Shown here piece after piece: positions 49,332 through 60,207 of a stretch of DNA of 64,000 nt. The translations under genes were made by a program, and so were the position numbers. This DNA is from an uncultured Candidatus Rokubacteria bacterium. GTDB taxonomy: Bacteria > Methylomirabilota > Methylomirabilia > Rokubacteriales > DASRDR01. The notes beneath the pieces were generated by a model. The model had not been told where the DNA came from, ran no database searches, and was given only the letters and a program-made list of their open reading frames with translations. The stretch lies in the NCBI GenBank assembly GCA_963805625.1, contig CAWDVE010000017.1, forward strand, positions 320,001 to 384,000. Reading direction: 5' to 3'. Positions within the stretch are counted from its first letter, which is position 1, and every line of letters begins with the position of its first letter.

Positions 49332-50368
49332 CGCGCGCCCTCCGCGCGGGCGCCCCAGAGGCCCGGGGGCCCCCAGAGCTCCGCCCGCGGATCCTCGGGG
49401 AGGAGTCGTTGCAGCGCCTGCAGCACCTCCTCCAGTGCGGGATCGGGATTCCGCGGGATCACGACACGCGTCTCCACGAGGAGATCGCCCCGCCCCTCGC
49501 GGTCCAGCCGGGGGCAGCCCTTTCCGCGAATCCGCAACGTCTGGCCCGTCTGGGTCCCGGCCGGGATCCGCACCACGACCGGCCCGTCGGGCGTGGGGAT
49601 CTGGATCCGCGTCCCGAGGGCCGCTTCGGGCACCGTGAGAGGCACCTCGCAATGGAGGTGATCGCCCTTCCGGCTGAAGAGCGGGTGCGGCCTCACGCGC
49701 GTGATGACGATCAGGTCGCCCCGGCGCCCCGGAGCCGGGGCAGCGTGGCCTTCCCCGACGGCGTGCACCTGGGCCCCCGTGTCGACGCCCGGCGGGATGG
49801 CCACCTCGATCCGGCACGGCTGGGTCCGCGTGCCCCGGCCGCCACAGCCGGGGCAGGGCGGCGGCAGGCGCCAGCCCGTGCCGCCGCAAGCCCCGCACCG
49901 GGTGGCCACCGGCCGGTCCCGGTGGAGAGTGACGCGGACGGGGTGCCCCTGGCATGCGGAGCAGTGCTCCGCCGCCTGGCCGCCGCTGCCCCCGGACCCG
50001 CCACAAGCCTCACACGGCTCCAGCCGCGTGACCTCGATCTCGACCCGCACGCCTCGGAGCGCCTCGTCGAGCTCGAGCTCCATCGCATAGTGGATGTCCT
50101 CGCCGCGCGAGGGGGGGCCGACGCCCGGTCCGTCTCGGGACGGCTCGAAGGCTTGGTGCCCGAGCCGGTCGTAGAGGGGGCGCGCCGTCGGATCGCCGAC
50201 CACGCGATACGCCTCCCGGATCTCCTCGAACAGCGCCTCGGCCCGCCCATCCCACAGATTCACGTCCGGCGAATAGCGTCGGGCGAGCCGCCGGTAAGCC
50301 CGGCGGATCTCCAAGACCGGGGCCTCCCGCGAGACCCCGAGCACCTCATAGTAGTCGCGCTTCTTCAC
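49328..50368 (-). CDS. dnaJ: DnaJ-like protein with SPD in place of HPD
   Basis: KRDYYEVLGV, ARRYSPDVN, four CxxCxGxG-type repeats, IPPGVDTG, IPAGTQTG. Confidence 0.85.
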   Translation of the reverse strand: MKKRDYYEVLGVSREAPVLEIRRAYRRLARRYSPDVNLWDGRAEALFEEIREAYRVVGDPTARPLYDRLGHQAFEPSRDGPGVGPPSRGEDIHYAMELELDEALRGVRVEIEVTRLEPCEACGGSGGSGGQAAEHCSACQGHPVRVTLHRDRPVATRCGACGGTGWRLPPPCPGCGGRGTRTQPCRIEVAIPPGVDTGAQVHAVGEGHAAPAPGRRGDLIVITRVRPHPLFSRKGDHLHCEVPLTVPEAALGTRIQIPTPDGPVVVRIPAGTQTGQTLRIRGKGCPRLDREGRGDLLVETRVVIPRNPDPALEEVLQALQRLLPEDPRAELWGPPGLWGARAEGAR

Positions 50369-50403
50369 CGCTGATCCCTCGTGCGCGCGCTCCCCGGCTG
50401 TCG

Positions 50404-52320
<1,917 letters not shown>

Positions 52321-52380
52321 TGCTTGTGTCTCCTTAACCTAAATGTCGGGCGCGCCCCGTCGGGCCCCCGCGGGTTCCTT

Positions 52381-52842
52381 CTAGCCGACCTCGATCTTGA
52401 TCTCGCGCGGCTTCACCTCGTCCAGCTTCGGGAGCCGGATCTCGAGGACGCCGTCGCGGTAGCTGGCCCGGATCTTGTCCGCCTGGACGGGGATCGGCAG
52501 CTGGACGTGACGCTCGAACGTGCCGGACCAGCGCTCGATCCGGTGGTAGTTCTCCTCGTGGGCCTCCGCCGCGATGCCGCGCTGCCCGCGGAGGCTGAGG
52601 ACGTCGCCGGTCATGGAGAGGTGGATGTCCTTCTCCCGCGCCCCAGGGAGCTCGACCGCCACAACGAGGTCGTCGCGGGTCTCGTAGACGTCGATCGGCG
52701 GAGCCCAAGTGCGCTCGGGCGAGCCAGTCCGAGGCCGGACGCCGAAGTAAGCGTCGAAGGCCCGGTTGATCTCAGTCTCGATGTCCGTCAGCTGACGGAA
52801 GGGGTCGAACCGCTGAATCCGCCATCGATCCATGGGAACCAT
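52381..52842 (-). CDS. Hsp20/alpha-crystallin small heat-shock protein
   Basis: WAPPIDVYET, VELPG, IERWSGTFER, ASYRDGVLEIRLPK (start may be ATG 52833). Confidence 0.93.
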   Translation of the reverse strand: MVPMDRWRIQRFDPFRQLTDIETEINRAFDAYFGVRPRTGSPERTWAPPIDVYETRDDLVVAVELPGAREKDIHLSMTGDVLSLRGQRGIAAEAHEENYHRIERWSGTFERHVQLPIPVQADKIRASYRDGVLEIRLPKLDEVKPREIKIEVG

Positions 52843-52855
52843 CCTCCAGGTGATG

Positions 52856-52900
52856 ATTGAGTCGCTAGTTCATATACAAGCTGATATGACTGTTGTCAAG
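52856..52900 (-). promoter_or_regulatory. sigma-70 promoter of the heat-shock operon with degenerate HAIR-like half-sites
   Basis: Minus strand TTGACA (52899-52894)-N17-TATATG; ACTCAAT and CTTGA half-sites resembling HAIR CTTGAGT-N7-ACTCAAG. Confidence 0.6.
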
Positions 52901-52925
52901 CTTGCCCATGGCCGACGGAGCCCGT

Positions 52926-53594
52926 ATGGTGACGGCCATGGACCGACTGGGCCCCCGGTGGGGGCTGCTGATCCTACTCCTGGGAGCCCTGCTTGTCGGA
53001 GTAGGCGGAGGGTTCGCTCTGGTCCGGACCCTCGCCTGGCCGCCCGAGGCCGGCCGCCCTGCCTCCGACCCCCGGGCGGGCCTTCGCGTCCAGAGCGTCC
53101 TGGCTCAGCTCCTGCTCCGAGAGGCGGGCCTGAGCTCCCGCCAGGATCCCCTTGTTCTGACGGCCGCCGAGGTCAACGCGTTCCTGCTTGAACATGTGCA
53201 GATGCGGGATGCTCCGGTCTGGCCGGTCCGGGTCCAGATCGAGCCGGATGAGGTCGAGCTGGGCGGCGCCACGACCCTCGCGCAGCTGATTACATCAGCG
53301 GTGGGATCGGGGCTGGGGGGTCTCGTGCCCGGTTCGGTCGGCGAGCACCCCATCTGGATCGCCGCGCGGGGCCGGATCATGGTGTCACCCGGGGGCCGCA
53401 CGGAGTTCCAGGCCCACGCGGCGACGATCGGGCGTCAGGGGGTGCCGTTGGCGCTGTTGTGGCGAGTGGTGGGAGGCCGTCCGCCGGCGCTGGTGTGGCG
53501 GATGCCGCGGGTCGTCGACCGGGTCGACATCGAGCCAGGGCGACTCGTCATCCACACCCGGCGCTCCGGGGCGGGCCGAGTTTCCCCGGGCTAG
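52926..53594 (+). CDS. hypothetical membrane-anchored protein
   Basis: N-terminal TM segment; LTAAEVNAFL; divergent from hsp20. Confidence 0.7.
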   Translation: MVTAMDRLGPRWGLLILLLGALLVGVGGGFALVRTLAWPPEAGRPASDPRAGLRVQSVLAQLLLREAGLSSRQDPLVLTAAEVNAFLLEHVQMRDAPVWPVRVQIEPDEVELGGATTLAQLITSAVGSGLGGLVPGSVGEHPIWIAARGRIMVSPGGRTEFQAHAATIGRQGVPLALLWRVVGGRPPALVWRMPRVVDRVDIEPGRLVIHTRRSGAGRVSPG

Positions 53595-53606
53595 ACCTCA
53601 CCGGGC

Positions 53607-54053
53607 TCAGCGGTTCCCGCGCCGCCCCTGACTGAGCTGCACGTAGCCCATCCGGAGGGTGGCCAGCATCTCCTCCAGGACGGCGCTCTCGTCCGGCGTC
53701 CGGTTGTTCCGGGTCTTCTCCTGCAGCATCGCCAGGAGGTCGATCGCGAAGCGTGCCTGGTCGAGATCCACGTGCGGTCGTCCGGTCGTCGGGTCGGGTG
53801 CTTGACCGAGGTTGGCCATGGCATCGCTGTAGAGCATGACCAGGAGCGCCGTCAGATCGGCCTTGGGGGCGCCGGCTGGCCCGCCGGCGCCCGGGCCGGG
53901 TCCGACGATGGCCGACTGGGCTGGCGGCGTCGGTGACCGCGGGGGTTCCATAACGGGCGATGGTGCGGGTCGGGACGGAAGAGCCTCGTCCTCCTCGCCT
54001 CGCCGACGACGGTCCACCACACTGAAGCCAGGTTCGGGCTCACGCTCGGACAC
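53607..54053 (-). CDS. DUF1844 domain protein
   Basis: FSVVDRRR, ANLGQAPDP, ARFAIDLLAMLQEKTRNN; SD GAGGAGGAG. Confidence 0.85.
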   Translation of the reverse strand: MSEREPEPGFSVVDRRRRGEEDEALPSRPAPSPVMEPPRSPTPPAQSAIVGPGPGAGGPAGAPKADLTALLVMLYSDAMANLGQAPDPTTGRPHVDLDQARFAIDLLAMLQEKTRNNRTPDESAVLEEMLATLRMGYVQLSQGRRGNR

Positions 54054-54232
54054 GGATGCTCCTCCTCGGGTGCCGGGCTCGGGTGCGGGGCTCGGGGCCG
54101 AGCCCGCGGAAGTACCGTGACGCTAGCACACCGGGCCAGCGGGGACAAGCCGCCCGGGGCAGAAAGACGCCCGTGTTATACTGGCCGCGCCCTGCGGGGA
54201 TCGCGTGTTGACGAGCCCGCGGAAGGCCCCCG

Positions 54233-55030
54233 ATGTCGAGCCCGGACGCCGGCCAGCGTTTCGTCGAGTTGTTGACGATGATGACCCGCCTGCGTGGCGA
54301 CGGCGGCTGCCCCTGGGACCGAGAGCAAACCCGTGATTCCCTCCGCCCATTCCTCGTCGAGGAGACGTACGAAGTCCTCGACGCCCTCGACACTCGCGAC
54401 CCGCGGCACATTCGCGAGGAGCTAGGCGATCTGCTGTTCCAGGTCGTCTTTCATGCGGAGATCGCTCGCGAGCGGGGGGAGTTCTCGATGGCCGATCTCC
54501 TCGAAACCCTCGTCGCCAAGATGACACGTCGGCATCCCCACGTCTTCGGGGATCGTCCAGTCGGCTCCGCTCGGGAAGCGCTGGTTCAGTGGGAAGCCAT
54601 CAAGGATTCGGAGAGCCATGGATCGCCGAGGTCGGCGCTCGCGGGCGTGCCGCGCGCGCTGCCAGCGCTCCACCGCGCCCAGCGCGTCCAGCACAAGGCC
54701 GCGCGCGTCGGCTTCGACTGGGCCGACGCGGCGGGGGCGCTGGGGAAGGTCCGCGAGGAGCTCGGCGAGGTGACCGAGGCACTGCACCAGGGCAGCGGAG
54801 AGGCCCTCCGGGAGGAGCTGGGCGACCTTCTCTTCTCCGTCGTCAACGTGGCCCGGCTCGCGAGCGTGGATCCCGAAGGTGCGCTGCAGGTGGCCGTCGA
54901 TCGGTTCAGCCGGCGCTTCGCGTCGATGGAAGAAACCGCCCGGGGCGAGGGCCGGGAGCTGGCCGGCCTGTCCCTCGACGAGCTGGAACAGCTCTGGTCC
55001 CGGGCGAAGTCCCTGGAAAGACCAGCCTGA
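54233..55030 (+). CDS. mazG: nucleoside triphosphate pyrophosphohydrolase
   Basis: GCPWDREQT, EETYEVLDA, EELGDLLFQV, RRHPHVF, GFDW. Confidence 0.95.
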   Translation: MSSPDAGQRFVELLTMMTRLRGDGGCPWDREQTRDSLRPFLVEETYEVLDALDTRDPRHIREELGDLLFQVVFHAEIARERGEFSMADLLETLVAKMTRRHPHVFGDRPVGSAREALVQWEAIKDSESHGSPRSALAGVPRALPALHRAQRVQHKAARVGFDWADAAGALGKVREELGEVTEALHQGSGEALREELGDLLFSVVNVARLASVDPEGALQVAVDRFSRRFASMEETARGEGRELAGLSLDELEQLWSRAKSLERPA

Positions 55031-55052
55031 GCAGGAGCAAGGGGAGACTGCG

Positions 55053-55598
55053 ATGAGGGTTCGGGTGGGCCCAGCCGACATCTATCTCGAGCGCGGTGAC
55101 ATCACCGAGTACGAGGTCGATGCCATCGTCAACGCCGCCAACAGCGACCTCTCCATGGGCACGGGCGTTGCCTCAGCGATCAAGCGAAAGGGCGGGACGA
55201 TCGTCGAGGAAGAGGCGGCTCGCCAGGGACCCGTCGAGGGCGGTGATGCGGTCGTGACCACGGCCGGCAACCTGCCCGCGAACTACGTGATCCACGCCGC
55301 GGTCATGGGAGTTGACCTCAGGTCCAGCGCCGACCTCGTGCGGCGGGCGACGCTCAACTCCCTCCGACGCGCCGAGGAGCTTCGACTCCACAGCATCGCG
55401 TTCCCCGCGTTCGGCACCGGGGTCGGGCGGCTAGACCCCAAGGACTCGGCGGATGCCATGGTGGGCGCGCTCCGGGCCCACTTCGCGGAGGTCGCGGAGT
55501 CGAGTGTCCGGCGGATCCACTTGGTTATATTCCAAGAGGACACTTATCAGGCGTTTGGATCATTGCTAGGAGTGGCGAAGGCACGGCGGGCGAGCTGA
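55053..55598 (+). CDS. macro domain protein
   Basis: GDITEYEVDAIVNAANS, GTGVASAI, VIHAA, AFPAFGTGVG. Confidence 0.92.
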   Translation: MRVRVGPADIYLERGDITEYEVDAIVNAANSDLSMGTGVASAIKRKGGTIVEEEAARQGPVEGGDAVVTTAGNLPANYVIHAAVMGVDLRSSADLVRRATLNSLRRAEELRLHSIAFPAFGTGVGRLDPKDSADAMVGALRAHFAEVAESSVRRIHLVIFQEDTYQAFGSLLGVAKARRAS

Positions 55599-55622
55599 CC
55601 GTACCGGCCGAGAAGTCCGGGC

Positions 55623-55638
55623 TGGTACGACCTTTGCT
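55623..55638 (+). promoter_or_regulatory. sigma-54 promoter upstream of receiver-pilBTC
   Basis: TGGTACGACCTTTGCT, GG-N10-GC. Confidence 0.65.
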
Positions 55639-55714
55639 ATCTATTCACCGCCGATGACAAATATTTGCTCGTTTTGGCCTCGAGGCTGCCAGAATCCACC
55701 CATCCAAACCTGAG

Positions 55715-56086
55715 ATGGCACGCATCCTCGTGGCCGATGACGCCCCGGCTGTTCTGGATGTCCTGGATGACATCCTGACACTCGAGGGCCATCAAGTGAT
55801 CCGGGCGACTTCCGGCCAGGAAGCCCTCCGGAAATTCGAGGAGTCTCCTCCCGAGCTGGCTGTGCTGGACATCATGATGCCTGACATGGACGGTTTGGTC
55901 GTGCTGGACGCGATCAGGCGCACGAGTGGCGACCTCCCCGTGATTCTGATCACGGGGCTCGTGGGGGATTCCCTCGCCAAGAAAGTCGCGCACCACAAGG
56001 CAGTCTCATTCTTCGAAAAGGGCTCGGGGCTCGATCGCTTCGTCGAGCTGGTCAACGAGACGCTGGGCCGGAAGGCGGAAGCGTGA
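55715..56086 (+). CDS. stand-alone response regulator receiver
   Basis: ILVADD, VLDIMMPDMDG, LITG, FEK. Confidence 0.9.
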   Translation: MARILVADDAPAVLDVLDDILTLEGHQVIRATSGQEALRKFEESPPELAVLDIMMPDMDGLVVLDAIRRTSGDLPVILITGLVGDSLAKKVAHHKAVSFFEKGSGLDRFVELVNETLGRKAEA

Positions 56087-56114
56087 GCGCGCTCGGTCGA
56101 CAGGACACACCGTC

Positions 56115-57818
56115 GTGAACCCGCGGCTGCTCGATCTGCTGGTCAAGGAGAACCTGCTCACTACGGACCAGGCCCAGAAGGCCGTGACCGACCAGCGGCG
56201 GTCGGGGGAGCGGCTGGCGACGGTCCTGACGCGGCTCGCCTTCATCACCGAGGACGAGCTGCTCGACTTCCTCAGCCGGAAGTACGGCATCCCGGTTATC
56301 AACCTCGGCCGCGTGGAGGCCGACCCCGACATCCTGCGGCTCGTCCGCAAGGAGATCGTCCAGAAGTACCAGGTGTTCCCCGTCCGGAAGGTCGGGAACA
56401 CGCTGACGCTCGCCCTGTCGGACCCGACCGTGGTGCTCGCGATCGACGACGTCCAGTTTGCCACCGGGCTGCACGTCATCCCCGTGCTGGCCGCCGAGAG
56501 CGCCATCCGGGGCGCGATCGACCACAATTACAGCTCGGGTGTCGACGACATCAAGAAGCTCATCGACCAGGAGTCCACCGGCATCGACACCAACCTCGAG
56601 CTGGTGGACAAGGGCGCGAAGGTCGACATCGCGGAGCTGGGGCGGGAAGCCGAAGAGGCCCCGACGATCCGCTTCGTCAACCTGATCATCGCCGATGCCA
56701 TCCGGAAGCGGGCCTCGGACATCCACCTGGAGCCGTACGAGAAGGTCTTCCGCGTCCGGTACCGGATCGACGGCGTGCTCCACGACATGATGAACCCGCC
56801 CAAACAGATGGAGCCGGCCATCCTGTCGCGCGTCAAGATCATGTCGAACCTGGACATCGCGGAACGCCGCCTGCCCCAGGACGGCCGGCTCTCGGTGAAG
56901 TTCCAGAACCGCGAGATCGACTTGCGCGTCTCGTCGCTCCCCACGATCTTCGGCGAGAAGATTGTCATGCGGGTCCTGGACAAAGGGAGCGTCGTCCTCG
57001 ACCTCGCCCGTCTCGGATTCGAGGAGGACGACCTCGCGCGGTTCAGGAAGACGATCACGACGCCCTACGGCATGATCCTGTGTACGGGGCCCACCGGTAG
57101 CGGCAAGAGCACGACGCTCTACGCGGCCATCGCGACTATCAACAACCCCGATATCAACATCATCACGGCGGAGGATCCCGTCGAGTTCAACATCCCCGGG
57201 GTCAATCAGGTGCTCGTGCGCGAGGACATCGGCTACAACTTCTCCGCTGCCCTGCGGGCGTTCCTGCGGCAGGACCCGGACGTGGTCCTGGTCGGCGAGA
57301 TGCGCGACCTGGAGACGGCGCAGATCGCGATCCGCGCCGCCCTCACCGGACATCTGGTGTTCTCCACGCTGCACACCAATGACGCCCCCAGCACGGTCAC
57401 GCGACTCCAGGACATGGGCATCCCGCCCTTCCTGATCTCCTCGTCGCTGCTCCTGGTCATCGCGCAGCGCCTGGTACGCCGGACCTGCCTCGAGTGCCGC
57501 GAGCCCGTCCAGGTGCCGGTGTCCGCCTTGATCGACATCGGGTTCCGTCCCGAGGAGGCCGAGGGCGTGCGCATCTATGCGGGGAAGGGGTGTGCCACCT
57601 GCGCCAACACCGGGTACAAGGGCCGGATCTCCATCCACGAGATCATGTGGATGATTCCGGAGCTCCAGGAAGCCATCGTCCGCCAGCGGCCCGCCAACGA
57701 GCTCAAGGACATCGCGGTGAAGGCCGGGATGCGGACCCTGCGTCAGACCGGGCTCCGGAAGGTGGCGAACGGGCTGACCACGATCGATGAGGTCCTCCGC
57801 GTGACGTTCGCCGACTGA
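56115..57818 (+). CDS. pilB: type IV pilus assembly ATPase
   Basis: ASDIHLEP, ERRLPQDG, GPTGSGKST, LRQDPD, tetracysteine motif. Confidence 0.95.
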   Translation: MNPRLLDLLVKENLLTTDQAQKAVTDQRRSGERLATVLTRLAFITEDELLDFLSRKYGIPVINLGRVEADPDILRLVRKEIVQKYQVFPVRKVGNTLTLALSDPTVVLAIDDVQFATGLHVIPVLAAESAIRGAIDHNYSSGVDDIKKLIDQESTGIDTNLELVDKGAKVDIAELGREAEEAPTIRFVNLIIADAIRKRASDIHLEPYEKVFRVRYRIDGVLHDMMNPPKQMEPAILSRVKIMSNLDIAERRLPQDGRLSVKFQNREIDLRVSSLPTIFGEKIVMRVLDKGSVVLDLARLGFEEDDLARFRKTITTPYGMILCTGPTGSGKSTTLYAAIATINNPDINIITAEDPVEFNIPGVNQVLVREDIGYNFSAALRAFLRQDPDVVLVGEMRDLETAQIAIRAALTGHLVFSTLHTNDAPSTVTRLQDMGIPPFLISSSLLLVIAQRLVRRTCLECREPVQVPVSALIDIGFRPEEAEGVRIYAGKGCATCANTGYKGRISIHEIMWMIPELQEAIVRQRPANELKDIAVKAGMRTLRQTGLRKVANGLTTIDEVLRVTFAD

Positions 57819-57838
57819 GGGCCAGGGGGGAACCAGAC

Positions 57839-58930
57839 GTGAACCAGAGTGTGTCGATGCGAGATCTCCTCGTCGCGATGGCGGAGAGGGGCGCGTCGGA
57901 TCTGCATATCACCGCCGGGGCGCCGCCGACGCTGCGTGTCCACGGACACCTGGTGGGGCTGGACTACCCGCCGCTCGACGGGGAGCAGACGAAGGCCCTT
58001 GCCTACAGCCTCATCAACGCGGAGCAGCGGGAGCGGTTCGAGTCGAACTACGAGCTGGACTTCTCGTATGGCGTCGTCGGCCTCTCGCGGTATCGCGTCA
58101 ACGTCTACCGGCAGCGGGGCGCCGTGGGCGTGGCGATCCGCTCCATTCCGCACCAGCCCAAGAGCTTCCAGGAGCTCGGGCTCCCGGTCGAGATCTGCAC
58201 CCAGCTGATCCAGCGGCACAAGGGGCTCATCCTGATGACCGGGCCGACGGGGCACGGGAAGACGACGTCGATGGCGGCCATGCTCGACCGCATCAACCGC
58301 GAGCGCGACGTCCACATCGTCACTGTCGAGGACCCCCTCGAGTACCTGTACCAGCACCAGAAGGCGCTCGTGAACCAGCGCGAGGTGGGGAGCGACACGC
58401 ACTCCTTCCCGGCCGCCCTGAAGTACGTCCTTCGCCAGGACCCGGACGTCGTGCTCATTGGGGAGATGCGGGACCTGGAGACGATCCAGGCGGCGCTGAC
58501 GATCGCGGAGACGGGCCATCTGACCTTCGCGACGCTGCACACCAACTCCTGCGCCCAGTCGATCGACCGCATCATCGACGTCTTCCCGCCGCACCAGCAG
58601 TCCCAGGTGCGAGCCCAGCTGGCGCTCGTGCTCGAGGCCGTCTTCAACCAGCTCCTCGTCCCGCGGCGCGATGGACGCGGCCGGTCTCTTGCCATGGAGA
58701 TCCTGATTGCGACCCCGGCGATCCGGAACATGATCCGTGAGGAGAAGGTTCACCAGATCTACTCGGCGATGCAGGCGGGCCAGAAGTTCGGGATGCAGAC
58801 CATGAATCAGTCGCTCGCGAATCTCTATCTCCGCGGCCACATCTCGCGACCAGAAGCGCTGTCCCGGAGCTCGTACCCGGAGGAGCTGCTCCGCATGATG
58901 GACCAGCCGGTGGCGGCGGCCACCCGCTAG
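57839..58930 (+). CDS. pilT: type IV pilus retraction ATPase
   Basis: ASDLHI, GPTGHGKTT, AETGHL, AIRNMIRE. Confidence 0.95.
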   Translation: MNQSVSMRDLLVAMAERGASDLHITAGAPPTLRVHGHLVGLDYPPLDGEQTKALAYSLINAEQRERFESNYELDFSYGVVGLSRYRVNVYRQRGAVGVAIRSIPHQPKSFQELGLPVEICTQLIQRHKGLILMTGPTGHGKTTSMAAMLDRINRERDVHIVTVEDPLEYLYQHQKALVNQREVGSDTHSFPAALKYVLRQDPDVVLIGEMRDLETIQAALTIAETGHLTFATLHTNSCAQSIDRIIDVFPPHQQSQVRAQLALVLEAVFNQLLVPRRDGRGRSLAMEILIATPAIRNMIREEKVHQIYSAMQAGQKFGMQTMNQSLANLYLRGHISRPEALSRSSYPEELLRMMDQPVAAATR

Positions 58931-58949
58931 AGCCGACACGGGGGAAGCC

Positions 58950-60179
58950 ATGCCGAACTTCACGTATCGAGGTGTCACGTCGGGCGGAGGGCAGGTGCGG
59001 GCGGAGATCACCGCGCCGGACGAGCGGTCGGCGGCCCGCCAGCTCCGATCCCAGGGGATCGTCGTCCAGAACATCGCGGTCAAGCGCGGCGCCGGCGGCA
59101 AGATCGAGCTCGGGGACCTGCCCGGTCTGAGCATCTTGCTCGGCGGAGTCCGCGGCAAGGACATCTCCGTCTTCAGCCGCCAGTTCGCCACGATGATCGC
59201 GGCGGGACTTCCCCTCGTCCAGTGCCTGCAGACGCTGGGCATGCAGATGGAGCGGAAGCGCTTACAGGACATCATCGCGAAGGTGGCGTACGACGTCGAG
59301 TCCGGCTCGACGCTCTCCGACGCGCTCGGCCGCTTCCCGCGGGTCTTCGACGAGCTGTACGTCAACCTAGTGCATGTCGGGGAGACGGGCGGTGTGCTCG
59401 ACTCCATGCTGTCCCGGCTCTCGACGTACCTGGAGAAGGCCCAGGCGCTGAAGCACCGGGTGCAAATGGCCGTTGTGTATCCGATCCTGGTCATGACCAT
59501 CGCGGTGCTGGTCGTGGCGTTCCTGATGGTCTTCATCATCCCGATCTTCGCCGCCTTCTTCGCGAACGCCGGCGTGCCGTTGCCGCTGCCCACCCGCATC
59601 GTGATCGCGGTGAGCAACGGGGTGACGCGATACTGGTACATCGTCCTCGCCGTCTGTGCGGGCGTGATGTTCGGCTTCCGCGCCTGGTACCGGACCGAGG
59701 CCGGGCGGCTGGCGGTCGACCGCTTTTTCCTGCGCGCGCCCATCTTCGGCCCGCTGGTGCGCAAGATCTCCATCGCGCGGTTCACGCGGACCCTGTCGGC
59801 ACTCCTGGGCGGCGGCGTGCCGATCATCGACGCGCTCCGCATCACCGCCAAGACGGCGGGCAATCGCGTCGTGGAGAACTCCGTCATGGCGGCGCGCGAG
59901 CGGGTCATGGCGGGGCAGACCCTCGGCGAGCGTCTCAAGGACAGCGGGGTCTTTCCGCCCATGGTGGTCCAGATGGTCATCGTGGGCGAGCAGACGGGTG
60001 CGCTCGACAACATGCTGGCGAAGGTCGCCGACTACTACGAGGACGAGGTCGACGTGGCGGTCTCCGGCTTGACGGCGCTGCTCGAGCCGCTGCTGATCGT
60101 CTTCCTCGGCGTGGTGATCGGCGGTATCGTCATCGCGATCTACCTGCCGATCTTCAAGGTGGTGACGCTGGTCAAGTAG
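58950..60179 (+). CDS. pilC: type IV pilus platform protein (T2SS F family)
   Basis: FSRQFATMIAAGLPL, GETGG, GEQTGALD, LLEP. Confidence 0.95.
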   Translation: MPNFTYRGVTSGGGQVRAEITAPDERSAARQLRSQGIVVQNIAVKRGAGGKIELGDLPGLSILLGGVRGKDISVFSRQFATMIAAGLPLVQCLQTLGMQMERKRLQDIIAKVAYDVESGSTLSDALGRFPRVFDELYVNLVHVGETGGVLDSMLSRLSTYLEKAQALKHRVQMAVVYPILVMTIAVLVVAFLMVFIIPIFAAFFANAGVPLPLPTRIVIAVSNGVTRYWYIVLAVCAGVMFGFRAWYRTEAGRLAVDRFFLRAPIFGPLVRKISIARFTRTLSALLGGGVPIIDALRITAKTAGNRVVENSVMAARERVMAGQTLGERLKDSGVFPPMVVQMVIVGEQTGALDNMLAKVADYYEDEVDVAVSGLTALLEPLLIVFLGVVIGGIVIAIYLPIFKVVTLVK

Positions 60180-60207
60180 GCGCCCGTCAGGCGCAGTGGG
60201 GAGCGGG

